A stretch of 60,654 nucleotides of DNA from an uncultured Chryseobacterium sp. (lineage in GTDB: Bacteria; Bacteroidota; Bacteroidia; Palsa-965), in the NCBI GenBank assembly GCA_964447465.1, contig CAYUTR010000001.1:1-60654 (forward strand), in the 5' to 3' direction. Positions within the stretch are counted from its first letter, which is position 1, and each line of letters starts with the position of its first letter. A model generated the notes under the pieces. It did not search any database and was not told the DNA's origin. It saw only the letters and a list, made by a program, of their open reading frames with translations. The position numbers were made by a program, and so were the translations under genes. Of this stretch, positions 19,274 through 29,883 are shown in pieces.

Positions 19274-22200
19274 TTACCGTCGAACAATAAATTTTTGTCT
19301 GCCAACAATATCAGCTCCGATTATTTCCATTATGTACACTCCTTCTGCAATGTCTGCTATGGAAATTACTTCAGTGTGCAAACCAGCAGACTGATTTGAA
19401 GGTACTGAACTTTTCACTATTTGCCCAGTCATCGAGTAAACGTTAATTACAACATCTTCATTGCCTTCAACATTATACGAAACATTCACTATGTCGCTTG
19501 TAGGATTTGGATAAACCTGCATTCCAGAATTTGGAATGTTTTCATCAACACCTACCGCACTTGCATCGTAGGTATACAGGGTAATTCCCACCTTCGTTTG
19601 GTAACTCGGACAAGGAATATCATCGTTAATGAGGATTTGTCCAGACAAATCTGAAATGATATGATACATATAAGTTTTTACTACTGCTTGAGTTGAAGTT
19701 GCAGATACAATTGTACATGCATCATCTCCAATTCCTAAGGTGGAAGTAAAAGGCCATCCGATTGTTCCGCTTGCACGAGTCCACGTAGCGAGAATTTGTT
19801 CATTCGGCCCGATAGAATAATTTAACGTGTGGGTTGAAGAATAAATATCGGCAATGTACCAACCAGATAACCCTTGATATGGTTGGTCTATGAATACATT
19901 GGTTTGAGACGCAATCAAAGTTGGAACCACCGAAAAAGAAGTAACATTTGTAAAAGTTCCGAAATGCCGCACTTTGTAGTAAGGATATTCAATTGCAGCA
20001 AGTGCCGCACCACCATCAATCAGTCCCCATCCCGTCTCATCATCATATCCCGCTGGGAATTTATCAATACAAGTCCTTTCGATGATCTGTTCAACGTCTT
20101 CGTGGCAGAGATTAGAATTCGTAGGGAAGGGTTGATCATAGTAACTCGCCATCAAAGCTGCCAGTCCTGCTACATGAGGTGTTGAAGCAGAAGTGCCATT
20201 AAACCCTCCGTAATTGCCAGTGGTTGACTCCGTAGTATAAACTAACAGATTAGTTGCAGGAGCGATGCAGTCGACACCTTCTTTGGTCATAGCTTGTCCT
20301 GCATCCACTGGATCATTTGGATTTCCATTGTTTGTGCTCTTCCATTCTCCATCGCTGCCCGACCCTCCACAGTTCAGAACAAGATCATCTCGGAAACATG
20401 CGGGATAAATTTTATCGTCAAGGTCCGTGCCTTGATTGTTTGGGTAATTGCCTCGTGCGGCGCACACAATCACACCATTTTTATTTGAAAAATGCACCGC
20501 GTCGTGTATTTCCATAGAAGAATTTGGACCTCCCCAGCTATTGCTCATAACCCATAAACCGTAACCACCTGCGCTCTGAGAAGTTGCTCCTGCAACAAGA
20601 GCATTCGCAATAGTATTCAACGGAGCAAAACTTGACGCATCGCTAATTTTCATGTCATAAAGCTCAACACCCGGATTAGCTGCACTGTTGTCACCTCCTG
20701 CGATACCTGCACCTTGAAACGCATTGTTACTTTTCGCTCCAATAATACCTGCGCATCTTGTGCCATGATTTGAATTGTCGTAAGGAACTCCGAGCGATGT
20801 TCCATTAAGGAAATTGTATCCGCTTAAAGGCACACCACCGAAGTCAGGATGATCTTGATCTATTCCGCTGTCATAGACACCGACTTTCACGAATGACCTT
20901 CCAGTGCTAAAATCCCAAGCTGGATAAATATTTATACCGCCATTTGGATAACCGGGAGACGCATAATAGCTATTCTGACTTGGTATGTAAGGGTCATTCG
21001 GCACGCTATATAGTTCATACAGAAAATTCAACTCCGCTTTCCAAACTTGCGCTTGGCAGCGATTAAGACTATCTGCTGCAACGTGATCTTGTATCCCTGC
21101 TGAGTATAAAACGAATGTTGCCCAAAAATTAGGAATGCGAACATCTTCACCTTGACGCGATATTGAAATAGTATCTGTCGATTTCAACCAAGGGTAAATT
21201 TTAACAAGAGTCCACTTGGTAACGTCAACACCGAGTTTTGCATTCATCTTTGAAATTCCTACTGCATCCACGAACGTAGAGACTTGACCGAACTGAATGG
21301 CGTCGTCATCGACATTGCTCATGATCAATACGCTTGGATCGAACTGAATTACGATTTGATTAGCCGCATGATACACTCCATTTGTATTATCAACTGTGAA
21401 GTTTGTTTGCCAGGTAGAATATTTTATTGTTGTGTATTCTTCAGTCGCTCCTTGTGTCGTCTTGCCACTAACTACAATGTCATTTCCTAACATATTAATT
21501 GCATACGCGCAATCATTTCCATTGCCTGAACCATTGAAATAATTCTCCCACATCTTTGTTCCTGTAGCATCATACATGATCGTCAAATAATCTTTTGCAG
21601 ATTGAGTAGTCATTTCTCCAGTGACCACCACACCTCCGTTCCCATCCGCAATCATTTTATGCACTGCCCCAAAGTCCACAGGATTTGTTGCGGATTGTCT
21701 TCTATCCCATAAAATTGATCCTGATGAGTTGTATTTTAATGTCAAAAAATCTTTTCCTCCGACTACTTTTTTCACATATCCTCCAATGAAAATGTTCCCG
21801 ATAGCGTCGATGTCAAGGCATGTGCCTTCATCGGTTAGTCCTTCGCCATCATAATCATCACTCCATACTAGACTTAATGAACTATTATATTTGATCAACT
21901 GCGTATTACTCTGACCGATCAAATGATTTGTACTTCCTACAACGTAAACATTTCCAAGATTGTCTTTCTCGATTCCACGCGCTTGATCAAGTGCATTTCC
22001 TGATACAGTAAACCGATGGACTGCAAGTTGAGTTCCTGAGTTGCTATACTTCACTGTGGTAATATCAGAGTTCGCCAAGCTGCTCGCGCTGGTTCCGGTA
22101 ACCAAAACATTATTGGTATTGTCAAGTAAAATACCAACTGCTAGATCGGGCATTCCTGCGAAGTTGTAACGCGAGGCCCATTGCTGCACGCCACTGCTGT

Positions 22201-22753
22201 TGTATTTAATTGTTGCATAATCCAGGTTCAACGGACTCCCTGTTCCTTTACTAGCACCGGTTACATATACGTTTCCAGAATTGTCAACGACAATCCCTGA
22301 TGTAACATCATAGCTGTTGCCGGGACCATTGTATGAAACTGACCAGAGTTGCGTTCCTCCTGGACTGTATTTGATCGTCATATAATTGTAACCTTGAGCC
22401 GCGTTAGCATAACTTGCACCTGTAACGTAAACGTTCCCGCTCAGATCAGTTGTAACTGCCGTGCCATAATCGCTGCCATTGGCAGTTCCGTTAAACTGTT
22501 GCTGCCACAGAACTGCTCCGTACTCATCATATTTTACCGTAAGAAAATTACTTCCTTGCCCAAACGCAAGTGTATTGCCGGTCAGGATAATATGATTGTA
22601 GTTATCAGCGACGGATGCCGTAATGTCAACTGTATCAGGAGAGGCATTGGTTGAAACCCATTCCCGGTTATATGCGCACTGAGAATTCGCTGAGAAGGCT
22701 GAACACAGCGCGACAGCAGCTAAGAGAGATTTTAGTTGAGTAAGGTTTGTCAT
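19274..22753 (-). CDS. S8 subtilisin-like serine protease with N-terminal SBBP beta-propeller repeats and T9SS C-terminal domain
   Basis: Repeated SGNVYVTGAS-type SBBP units. Catalytic triad contexts VGVYDSGIDQDHPDF (Asp), NHGTRCAGIIGA (His), GTSASTPHVAGLAALM (Ser). C-terminal VYPNPTSDIVNVSY...GVYIMEI. Confidence 0.85.
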   Translation of the reverse strand: MTNLTQLKSLLAAVALCSAFSANSQCAYNREWVSTNASPDTVDITASVADNYNHIILTGNTLAFGQGSNFLTVKYDEYGAVLWQQQFNGTANGSDYGTAVTTDLSGNVYVTGASYANAAQGYNYMTIKYSPGGTQLWSVSYNGPGNSYDVTSGIVVDNSGNVYVTGASKGTGSPLNLDYATIKYNSSGVQQWASRYNFAGMPDLAVGILLDNTNNVLVTGTSASSLANSDITTVKYSNSGTQLAVHRFTVSGNALDQARGIEKDNLGNVYVVGSTNHLIGQSNTQLIKYNSSLSLVWSDDYDGEGLTDEGTCLDIDAIGNIFIGGYVKKVVGGKDFLTLKYNSSGSILWDRRQSATNPVDFGAVHKMIADGNGGVVVTGEMTTQSAKDYLTIMYDATGTKMWENYFNGSGNGNDCAYAINMLGNDIVVSGKTTQGATEEYTTIKYSTWQTNFTVDNTNGVYHAANQIVIQFDPSVLIMSNVDDDAIQFGQVSTFVDAVGISKMNAKLGVDVTKWTLVKIYPWLKSTDTISISRQGEDVRIPNFWATFVLYSAGIQDHVAADSLNRCQAQVWKAELNFLYELYSVPNDPYIPSQNSYYASPGYPNGGINIYPAWDFSTGRSFVKVGVYDSGIDQDHPDFGGVPLSGYNFLNGTSLGVPYDNSNHGTRCAGIIGAKSNNAFQGAGIAGGDNSAANPGVELYDMKISDASSFAPLNTIANALVAGATSQSAGGYGLWVMSNSWGGPNSSMEIHDAVHFSNKNGVIVCAARGNYPNNQGTDLDDKIYPACFRDDLVLNCGGSGSDGEWKSTNNGNPNDPVDAGQAMTKEGVDCIAPATNLLVYTTESTTGNYGGFNGTSASTPHVAGLAALMASYYDQPFPTNSNLCHEDVEQIIERTCIDKFPAGYDDETGWGLIDGGAALAAIEYPYYKVRHFGTFTNVTSFSVVPTLIASQTNVFIDQPYQGLSGWYIADIYSSTHTLNYSIGPNEQILATWTRASGTIGWPFTSTLGIGDDACTIVSATSTQAVVKTYMYHIISDLSGQILINDDIPCPSYQTKVGITLYTYDASAVGVDENIPNSGMQVYPNPTSDIVNVSYNVEGNEDVVINVYSMTGQIVKSSVPSNQSAGLHTEVISIADIAEGVYIMEIIGADIVGRQKFIVRR

Positions 22754-22829
22754 TTTCGTAGAGGTTGTAGATTAATTGTTTTACTATTCTATTGTGCGCA
22801 ACTATCAGCGTGCGCAAATGGGAGTAAGA

Positions 22830-23810
22830 TTAGTGTGCTAACACCAATTTTCCGGACTTCAAAGTAACACCCGATGAGTGAATGCGGTATAGATAAGCGC
22901 CATCAGCCAGCGTCAGAAAAATAGTTTGCGAATGATTTCCGACTGGAACTTCGTTGTAATACACACGCTGACCGAGCGCGTTGAACACCTCGAATTGCGT
23001 ACCGTCAGGGAAGTTTCCGCTAAGAGTAATTTCCCCGCTGGTAAGACTTGGCGTAAGTGAAAATTCAGGATAAGTAGGGGGTTCCGAAGTATCAGACGTG
23101 CAATCAATGCAATGAACGTCGAAGTTATCAAAGTAATAATATGCAAACGTCGAAGGGTTCAGAGAATCAATCAAATAGTATTGTGCTTGGGCAGTGTCAA
23201 AATTTCCCACAGTCAGATACAATTCACCGCCATTGCCAATGATGGTATCTTGAATAGCCACCCAGTTCAAAGTGTCAAGGATAAAATTTCCAGATGGGTT
23301 GCTCATAGCTGGTTGAACGTTTTCCAAATAATAATCTAACCATGAAACCGTATCATACTCAGCAAGACTTGAATCGCTTAGTTCAATTTGGATTAAGTCA
23401 ATTCCCGACCTAGAAAAATTGGAAAGTGAAACATAAAAACTAACAGCATATCTTCTCCCTGTCCGCAACGAATCAGTTAACCGGATTGAAAAAAACTCTA
23501 GTCCATCTGTAAGTGCGCAACCGACGTATGCCTGGCCTTCATAAGGAACCTGATAGCCTGCATTATTTGCATATCCCCCGCCCCCCCAATTCGCAGGCCA
23601 TTGATCATTGCAAGGTTGATTTAACTGGGTTGTTGGGTAAAAGTAGTCTGGACTGCCAATAGTCGGGGTAAACCATTCACGCGCTTTGACAATAGTGCTG
23701 TCATAAGAACAATGTATGGTGTCCTCAAAACCCGGATTTGGAACAAGATTTACCTGCCCGTTAATAAAAACAGGTAAAAGTGAAGCGAAAAGGATCAACT
23801 GGGCTTTCAT
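22830..23810 (-). CDS. T9SS-secreted protein, unknown function
   Basis: Signal MKAQLILFASLLPVFINGQ. N-terminal NLVPNPGFEDTIHC...SPDYF is common in Bacteroidota secreted proteins. C-terminal sorting-domain-like tail (FEVFNALGQRVY...GAYLYRI). Confidence 0.6.
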   Translation of the reverse strand: MKAQLILFASLLPVFINGQVNLVPNPGFEDTIHCSYDSTIVKAREWFTPTIGSPDYFYPTTQLNQPCNDQWPANWGGGGYANNAGYQVPYEGQAYVGCALTDGLEFFSIRLTDSLRTGRRYAVSFYVSLSNFSRSGIDLIQIELSDSSLAEYDTVSWLDYYLENVQPAMSNPSGNFILDTLNWVAIQDTIIGNGGELYLTVGNFDTAQAQYYLIDSLNPSTFAYYYFDNFDVHCIDCTSDTSEPPTYPEFSLTPSLTSGEITLSGNFPDGTQFEVFNALGQRVYYNEVPVGNHSQTIFLTLADGAYLYRIHSSGVTLKSGKLVLAH

Positions 23811-23879
23811 TTTTAGAAAGCAAGTTCCGGGAAATACACCCGAAACTTGCTTTGTTATACGCTTATAACCAAAGTTAAG

Positions 23880-26800
23880 TTATTTAACGATGACAAGGCG
23901 TTGCCCTTCCGTCACCTCGCCGTCCACCACTACGTGCAGCATATACACTCCACCCGGTAATACCGCCGTGCTAATGGTATATACTTCTTGGTGCGGAACA
24001 AGTTGCTGACTAAGGACAAGTTTCCCTGACAAGTCGAAAATTTCAACCTGCGCGTTTTGTCCTTCGTCTACACCGTACTCTAACTTTACAGATTCACTGG
24101 CAGGATTTGGGTAAACACTCAGATCGCTTTGTGTATCAGGAGTGCTCGTTTCGTGACCAAGACGCTGGGAACTTGCGCCGTAATAATCAATCTCAAGGTC
24201 AAGCATAACCCTTGCACTATAAACAGCAGTACCACCGTTAGACGGGTCTTGTAATGCGATGTTTAATAGCGTAGCCGAATCAGACGCTGAAAACTCCATG
24301 ATACCCTGCATCCACGTCGCTGCATATATACCGTACACCACTTTGGCGTTGTGCTCAATGATATTTGAACACGCAAGCGCGCTACACGCAGAAGCAACAA
24401 ACTGATAACCGCCGGTGTCCGCTGCAAGTTCTACCTGACGCAATGTTCCAACGTTAGTCGGGTTATAGCTGTTATAGAAATTTTGGTACAGCGTATCATC
24501 CGGGAAACCGAGATTTAACCACGAAGGTGTTTGCGTCAGTTTACGGTGAGCGTAACGACGAAGCTGATAACGGTTTTCGGCAGAGGTATTTGTATCAGAA
24601 GCAGAACGTAATGTTGCACCTACTTGTTGATCTCGCTCAAATTGTGCTTGTGAAAAGAAAAAGAAGTTGCAAGCATTGTATGAGACAGACTGCATTGTAA
24701 TTCCCGTTGCACTGGCACTGGTTGGTGGTGTCACGGTGTGGTAGCGCCAAAAAATAGCGGGCACAACCACTCCATTTATATCTTCACTCGCATTTTGCGT
24801 CGCAATCCAAGTATTTCCGGTTGCTGACGGTATGAAGTTTGGATCGACAATTTGATCGCCAATATCGCAAGTATCAAAAAACACCCCGTTATAGCATCGG
24901 CTCATTGTGTTGCACGCGAGTGTACTGGATGATGAAATATCCATTCCATAAAGTCCGCTACCTAAGCGCAAGAAAACGTTATCCGTTGCATAGGTCACTG
25001 GACTGTTTTCAATACTGATTCCACGCAGGCGTTGAACCATTGTTGAAATTGGATTAATCACTCCGGTTTTTGTAATACGATTGGTATCACATCTTACCGT
25101 CGCACAACCTTCTAAGCGAATTCCGTAATGCGCAGTCGAATATGCAGCGTTCGGTTTTGCAAAATTCACTACGTTACCTCCAATGAACACTTTGTTTTTC
25201 CCGACAAGGTTTTGCACCCAGATCCCGGTACGAACCCTATTGATAGAGTTGTTGCTCTGAATGCTCACCGTCATATCCGCCGGAGACACACAAGAAACGC
25301 GAATGCCAGTGCCGGTTTGTCGTGCATAAGCAGATGTAGTGTCCGCTGTCTGCAAGATGCGGTTGAGATTAATGTTAAGTGTAGCATCATAACATTCCAG
25401 CACGAGGATCGCGGTATTAAACGCGTAGTTCACCGCTTGGTTAGTGATGCGATTGTCGTTAATATTGATGCTTCGACCGACTGCACGTTGAACACGCACA
25501 CCGTAAAAACGTATGTCTGAGATGTTGTTGTTCAAAACTGTTACGTGCAATACTTCCCTCGCGTCAATCGCCGTTCGCATATTCACAAAGACACACCGGC
25601 GAGGGAGCGCACCTCCCACAGTGATTTGTGGTTGGTAAAGCGCATTCTTTTGTCCGATTGCAACAACACCAGTTCCTGCATCTGGAACATTAAATAACTG
25701 CACAAGGTTAGGTGTGAAATTCGCGAAACGACAGTTGAAAACGTTGGTTCGTGAGTTCTTAGAACGAACACCTACAAGAATGTCGGTGAAATTATTCTGC
25801 ATCACCGCCGCCGTTGGATCGCCAATAGTAATATCTGCGTTGTCTTCGATTTCAATGGCGCAGACCGTGCGGGTATGACCGAACGGTAAGGACGGAAATA
25901 GCGCGGGAAGGAACGGTTGGTTCATCGTGAAGTTGGTGCGACGAACTGTTCCAGGATGTGTGCCGGAGTAAGCCTTTACCACGATGTCCTTGTAATTATT
26001 TCGCAGGGTGGAGTTGTCGACATTGTACCTGCCGCCACTGATCGACACCACAGTGTTACGCGCTTGTTGAATATTTGAGTTGTTAATGATGTTCACTGTT
26101 GACGTTACACCGTTCAGATAGATACCATCCCACATATATCCGCACGCGGTTTGAGTTCGGCTATTGTTAAGCGTAAACGTTTCATTAGCCAATACTTGTA
26201 TTTGCGCATTCGCCCCCATATTTATGTTGAAGCAATTCAGGAACGTGAACGTGGTGTCAATAATGAATACTCCATTTATTGTAATGTTCGCCAACCCCGC
26301 CGTGAAGTTTGTCCCGATGATGTACGGGAAGAACGCAGGATCGTTCAACACAGACGACGCCGTTCGGTTATCAATACGTAGTGCGGTAGTATCGTCACAA
26401 CATGGCGGAATGTTGAGTGTGTCTTTCGTTACACAATCCGTAATCGTATCAAATGCAGTGAGAATAATATATCCACCAGCATTTGACCAGGAGACATGGA
26501 ATTGGCAGTTAGAAATTACCGTTCCTGTTCCTCCACTAGCAACCCATGTGTAGACTACATTCGTTTCACAATCCGAGGTATAAGAAAGAACACCGCTACC
26601 ACAGTTGTTTGTAGCTGCACCTGTTATAGCTGAAGATGGTCCACCGGGCTGAATAACCGAAAGCTGACAGGAAATCGTGTCGCCAAAAGTTGTTACAATA
26701 AAATGAGTAACTAAATACGTGTGACCATCTAGTGCGAATATGTGCGTCACATTTGGTCCGACCGCTGTAAACCCGTCGCCGAAATCCCAAAGGTGACTAG

Positions 26801-27974
26801 CTATTCCTTGCGTACAGGTTGATGTGTCCGAATAAAAACGAACACGACACGTAGCCTCATAAGTAAAACATGGATTTGGATTGTTAATGAAGAATGTGAC
26901 GGCAACACTATCAGTGCCACACTGATTTGTTACGACGAGGGAAGCAGTATGCAAGCCGGGAGCCAAGGCAGGATTACCAATATTACCATCAGGAAAGCAA
27001 ACAACTGAATCACACCCGAACAATGGAGGAAACGCACAGTTCTGAACTTGTACCCCGTCAACATAGAACGCAAGACCATGCACTCCGTTACCTACTGAAG
27101 TCAAGCACACAGTATCTCCTACACAATAACCCGTTTGATTCAGAACGAGATTAGCAACAGGAGGAGCTTGCACCAAGATTTGAAACTTCACGCCTGTTAG
27201 AAGCAGCGGTGGTCCATTCGGATCATCCCAAAAGTAAGCAAGTCCAATGTTGTAAACGCCTGGTGTATTGTAGGCACATGCCCACGACATAAACGTAGTG
27301 TCAATATAAGTTCCCGCACATGATCCTCCTTGAAATTGCCATACACCAAAAAAAGTATCATTCATTGGATAGTTCTGATTTGTGATTGGATGCACGAGGT
27401 ATATGGAATCGCCGGGGCAAATTGTATCAACCAGTTCGCAATCGTGCGCCATATAATCTGTACCTAAAATATCAGCATCATAACAGCAAAAAGTAATGTT
27501 CCCGTTCTGATCGGTCATGCAACCACCCCAATACGCCAGTACAGGTGGTGTTGTCGTCAGACAAAGATTGAACTTCGCATTTGGGTTGGAACCTGCGCCC
27601 GGTGCAGGACGTTCAAGTTTGACGAAATAGGTCAGGCCCACCGAAAGGCCATGCAACGGCATCCAAATAATGTGTTCGTTGGAAGGTGAAAGCGACCCGT
27701 TCGCGAAAGCAGTAAGCGAAGCGCACGCACCCGAATAAACGGTCATCGTTTGAAAATCAGAATAACCTAATTCGGTTACGGTGTACGACATGATATGCGT
27801 TGTAGACGTTGCAGTAAACGAATACCACGCTTCATTATCGGTTGTTGTTACACCGTTAAAGCAATTGTCCGATGTCATCGGAATTGCATCGGCGCAGGTT
27901 GCACCTGTTTGTGCTGTTGCAAAGCTGGCAAGCATAATGCCGAGCAATGCGAATAGTCGGGAGAGAGATTTCAT
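23880..27974 (-). CDS. large T9SS-secreted protein with PKD-like and parallel beta-helix repeats
   Basis: Signal MKSLSRLFALLGIMLASFATAQ. HLWDFGDGFTAVGPNVTHIF is PKD-like. Many N-rich beta-helix turns (NNNISDIRFYGVRV, INDNRITN). C-terminal VYPNPASESVKLEY...GVYMLHVV. Confidence 0.75.
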   Translation of the reverse strand: MKSLSRLFALLGIMLASFATAQTGATCADAIPMTSDNCFNGVTTTDNEAWYSFTATSTTHIMSYTVTELGYSDFQTMTVYSGACASLTAFANGSLSPSNEHIIWMPLHGLSVGLTYFVKLERPAPGAGSNPNAKFNLCLTTTPPVLAYWGGCMTDQNGNITFCCYDADILGTDYMAHDCELVDTICPGDSIYLVHPITNQNYPMNDTFFGVWQFQGGSCAGTYIDTTFMSWACAYNTPGVYNIGLAYFWDDPNGPPLLLTGVKFQILVQAPPVANLVLNQTGYCVGDTVCLTSVGNGVHGLAFYVDGVQVQNCAFPPLFGCDSVVCFPDGNIGNPALAPGLHTASLVVTNQCGTDSVAVTFFINNPNPCFTYEATCRVRFYSDTSTCTQGIASHLWDFGDGFTAVGPNVTHIFALDGHTYLVTHFIVTTFGDTISCQLSVIQPGGPSSAITGAATNNCGSGVLSYTSDCETNVVYTWVASGGTGTVISNCQFHVSWSNAGGYIILTAFDTITDCVTKDTLNIPPCCDDTTALRIDNRTASSVLNDPAFFPYIIGTNFTAGLANITINGVFIIDTTFTFLNCFNINMGANAQIQVLANETFTLNNSRTQTACGYMWDGIYLNGVTSTVNIINNSNIQQARNTVVSISGGRYNVDNSTLRNNYKDIVVKAYSGTHPGTVRRTNFTMNQPFLPALFPSLPFGHTRTVCAIEIEDNADITIGDPTAAVMQNNFTDILVGVRSKNSRTNVFNCRFANFTPNLVQLFNVPDAGTGVVAIGQKNALYQPQITVGGALPRRCVFVNMRTAIDAREVLHVTVLNNNISDIRFYGVRVQRAVGRSININDNRITNQAVNYAFNTAILVLECYDATLNINLNRILQTADTTSAYARQTGTGIRVSCVSPADMTVSIQSNNSINRVRTGIWVQNLVGKNKVFIGGNVVNFAKPNAAYSTAHYGIRLEGCATVRCDTNRITKTGVINPISTMVQRLRGISIENSPVTYATDNVFLRLGSGLYGMDISSSSTLACNTMSRCYNGVFFDTCDIGDQIVDPNFIPSATGNTWIATQNASEDINGVVVPAIFWRYHTVTPPTSASATGITMQSVSYNACNFFFFSQAQFERDQQVGATLRSASDTNTSAENRYQLRRYAHRKLTQTPSWLNLGFPDDTLYQNFYNSYNPTNVGTLRQVELAADTGGYQFVASACSALACSNIIEHNAKVVYGIYAATWMQGIMEFSASDSATLLNIALQDPSNGGTAVYSARVMLDLEIDYYGASSQRLGHETSTPDTQSDLSVYPNPASESVKLEYGVDEGQNAQVEIFDLSGKLVLSQQLVPHQEVYTISTAVLPGGVYMLHVVVDGEVTEGQRLVIVK

Positions 27975-28299
27975 GGTTTGCAGCGGTGTTAGTTAATGTT
28001 CGTGTTATTGGTTTGTGTGTATATCATTTGTTTTCGTCATTCAGTTTTCGATTCCACGAGGAGCCTATCATAAATGGAAAAACAACCCCATGCGGATCGT
28101 AATGGTCTTCCCTGCATTCTTCGCGTTCGCTTATTTCCTTTTGAGTTTTCAGTTTGGTGTGACTACTTGCCTTGTTCATGCCGCGTTGTGTTTTTTTCTT
28201 TTTTTTCATAATAATTGAAGGGTGGGGAGATAGCAATATGCCATCTCCCCATGAACGACGGGGGGCTTTCGTTCATCCTGCCTTATGCGTGTGCTTGTA

Positions 28300-29883
28300 T
28301 TAACTTCTAAATAGTTTTTTGGATTTACTGTTGTGAATCATTCGTTCCTCTTGATCTGGCTCCCGTTCAATTTGAAAGGAAGGTATTTCTTGAGCAAAGT
28401 TTTGGTGAGAGACTTTTGCAAAAAACCATTGATGAAAGATTATCACCTCAGAAGATTTTATTTCCCACTGCAATTCACCAGCTTTTTCGCGGAGCATTTC
28501 AAATGCTGCTTTTTGCTCGTGATAAATAGCTTTAAAATTGTAACCGTTATAGCTCAGACTATGGAGAACGCTGTGAATAAGTTTGGCGCGATGATTTGTC
28601 GTTCCATTTCCATTAGCAAAATATTTTCTTAATGCTTCAATCTTTGCCGTTGCATCGTCAAAGTCGTTCAACTCAATCGCGGTCATAATCTGCAAAATCT
28701 TTATTCCCAAGTTCCAGCCTTCCTTATCGGCTTCAATCGGATTAATTAGGGAAAGGTGCTTTGCCGAATATTGAAAATCCTTCATCATAAAGAACGTTGC
28801 AGCTAGAAAGTAACCGCGTTTCCCTGCTCTGAAATTGCCTGATTGTTCTTCAGAAGGAATGTATTCACAAAGTATATCATGTCCGATTCCATATTTACCA
28901 CCAAAGAACTTAGCATAAAACATTAGTTCTACACATATCTCATAGTTATGACTTCCTTTCTCTGACAAATTCAGAGCCGCAAATGCTTTTTGATAAGCGC
29001 GTTCAAATTGTCCTAAGTAAAGATCATTGTCGGCTAAATTCATCATTACCCCAATGAGTTTGTCGTGTGTCTTGATCGAAGGGTAATTTTGAATCAGCTT
29101 GTAATTGTTCAATAATTCTATTCGGGCCTTTTTGTAATCGCGGGAGCTTTGATAATTCTGCGCCTCAAGTTGTAAGTAATAGTAACCCACAGTTGCCGAG
29201 TCGGTGGTTTTAAAATCGTCTCGCATTGTATCAAGCATATCACGAAGCTCTTTTTGATTGATCTTACCTTCGGAATGAAAGTCACTGGGCGCAGTAATTT
29301 TTGTGAAGTATATCTCTGCTCTTACAACGGCATTTTTCGCAGTATCCGACTGTAAGTATTTTTTTACTAGGAGTGGCAAATTCTTGTCACCTTCGACTAA
29401 AACCCTGGATCGAATTAATATTCGCAAAGCAATAAGTTGCTCCTCGTAGAGTTCGTACTTCCCACATTGCTCTACTACACTCTCAAACATTTTTTTTGCG
29501 AGTTTGATTTTCCCTCTGCGGTGAAGAATTTGCGCTTGCGTGAGCTTCTTTCTGACTTCTATATTTACTTTGACTCTTTCGGGATACATACCCTCGCGAT
29601 CAATGTTTACATCAATGATTAAGGCGTCAAGCACTTTAATCCTGGTTCTGTTCGCTAACTTTTTTAAAGCCGGTTTATTGGGCTTCTTGTAAATAGCCAG
29701 TTCAATCTCATCGACTGATGCGGTACTATTTTCTAATGCTGTCAGAAACCCGAAAAGTTGAAGTCCTTTATTCGTCTCACTCTTCCACTCCAGGACAAAC
29801 GTCTTTAGATAGGTTCTAACAGAAACCTTTTCCTCTGAAGTCAGAATGCTGATAACGTCTTGCAGTGTTTTAATCGCTTCCAT
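28300..29883 (-). CDS. all-helical TPR-like repeat protein (possible sensor/regulator)
   Basis: 527 aa with no signal peptide or TM helix. Repeated ~34-aa helical hairpins (YYYLQLEAQNYQSSRDYKKARIEL, FERAYQKAFAALNL, YFLAATFFMMKDFQYSAKHL). Divergent from the 30801 operon. Confidence 0.45.
   Translation of the reverse strand: MEAIKTLQDVISILTSEEKVSVRTYLKTFVLEWKSETNKGLQLFGFLTALENSTASVDEIELAIYKKPNKPALKKLANRTRIKVLDALIIDVNIDREGMYPERVKVNIEVRKKLTQAQILHRRGKIKLAKKMFESVVEQCGKYELYEEQLIALRILIRSRVLVEGDKNLPLLVKKYLQSDTAKNAVVRAEIYFTKITAPSDFHSEGKINQKELRDMLDTMRDDFKTTDSATVGYYYLQLEAQNYQSSRDYKKARIELLNNYKLIQNYPSIKTHDKLIGVMMNLADNDLYLGQFERAYQKAFAALNLSEKGSHNYEICVELMFYAKFFGGKYGIGHDILCEYIPSEEQSGNFRAGKRGYFLAATFFMMKDFQYSAKHLSLINPIEADKEGWNLGIKILQIMTAIELNDFDDATAKIEALRKYFANGNGTTNHRAKLIHSVLHSLSYNGYNFKAIYHEQKAAFEMLREKAGELQWEIKSSEVIIFHQWFFAKVSHQNFAQEIPSFQIEREPDQEERMIHNSKSKKLFRS

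Noticed and set aside
28015-28236. Overlapping small ORFs on both strands between the 1364-aa gene and the TPR gene
   Set aside because: Neither strand can be preferred from sequence alone, so this is not listed as a feature. It is mentioned only as a speculative finding.
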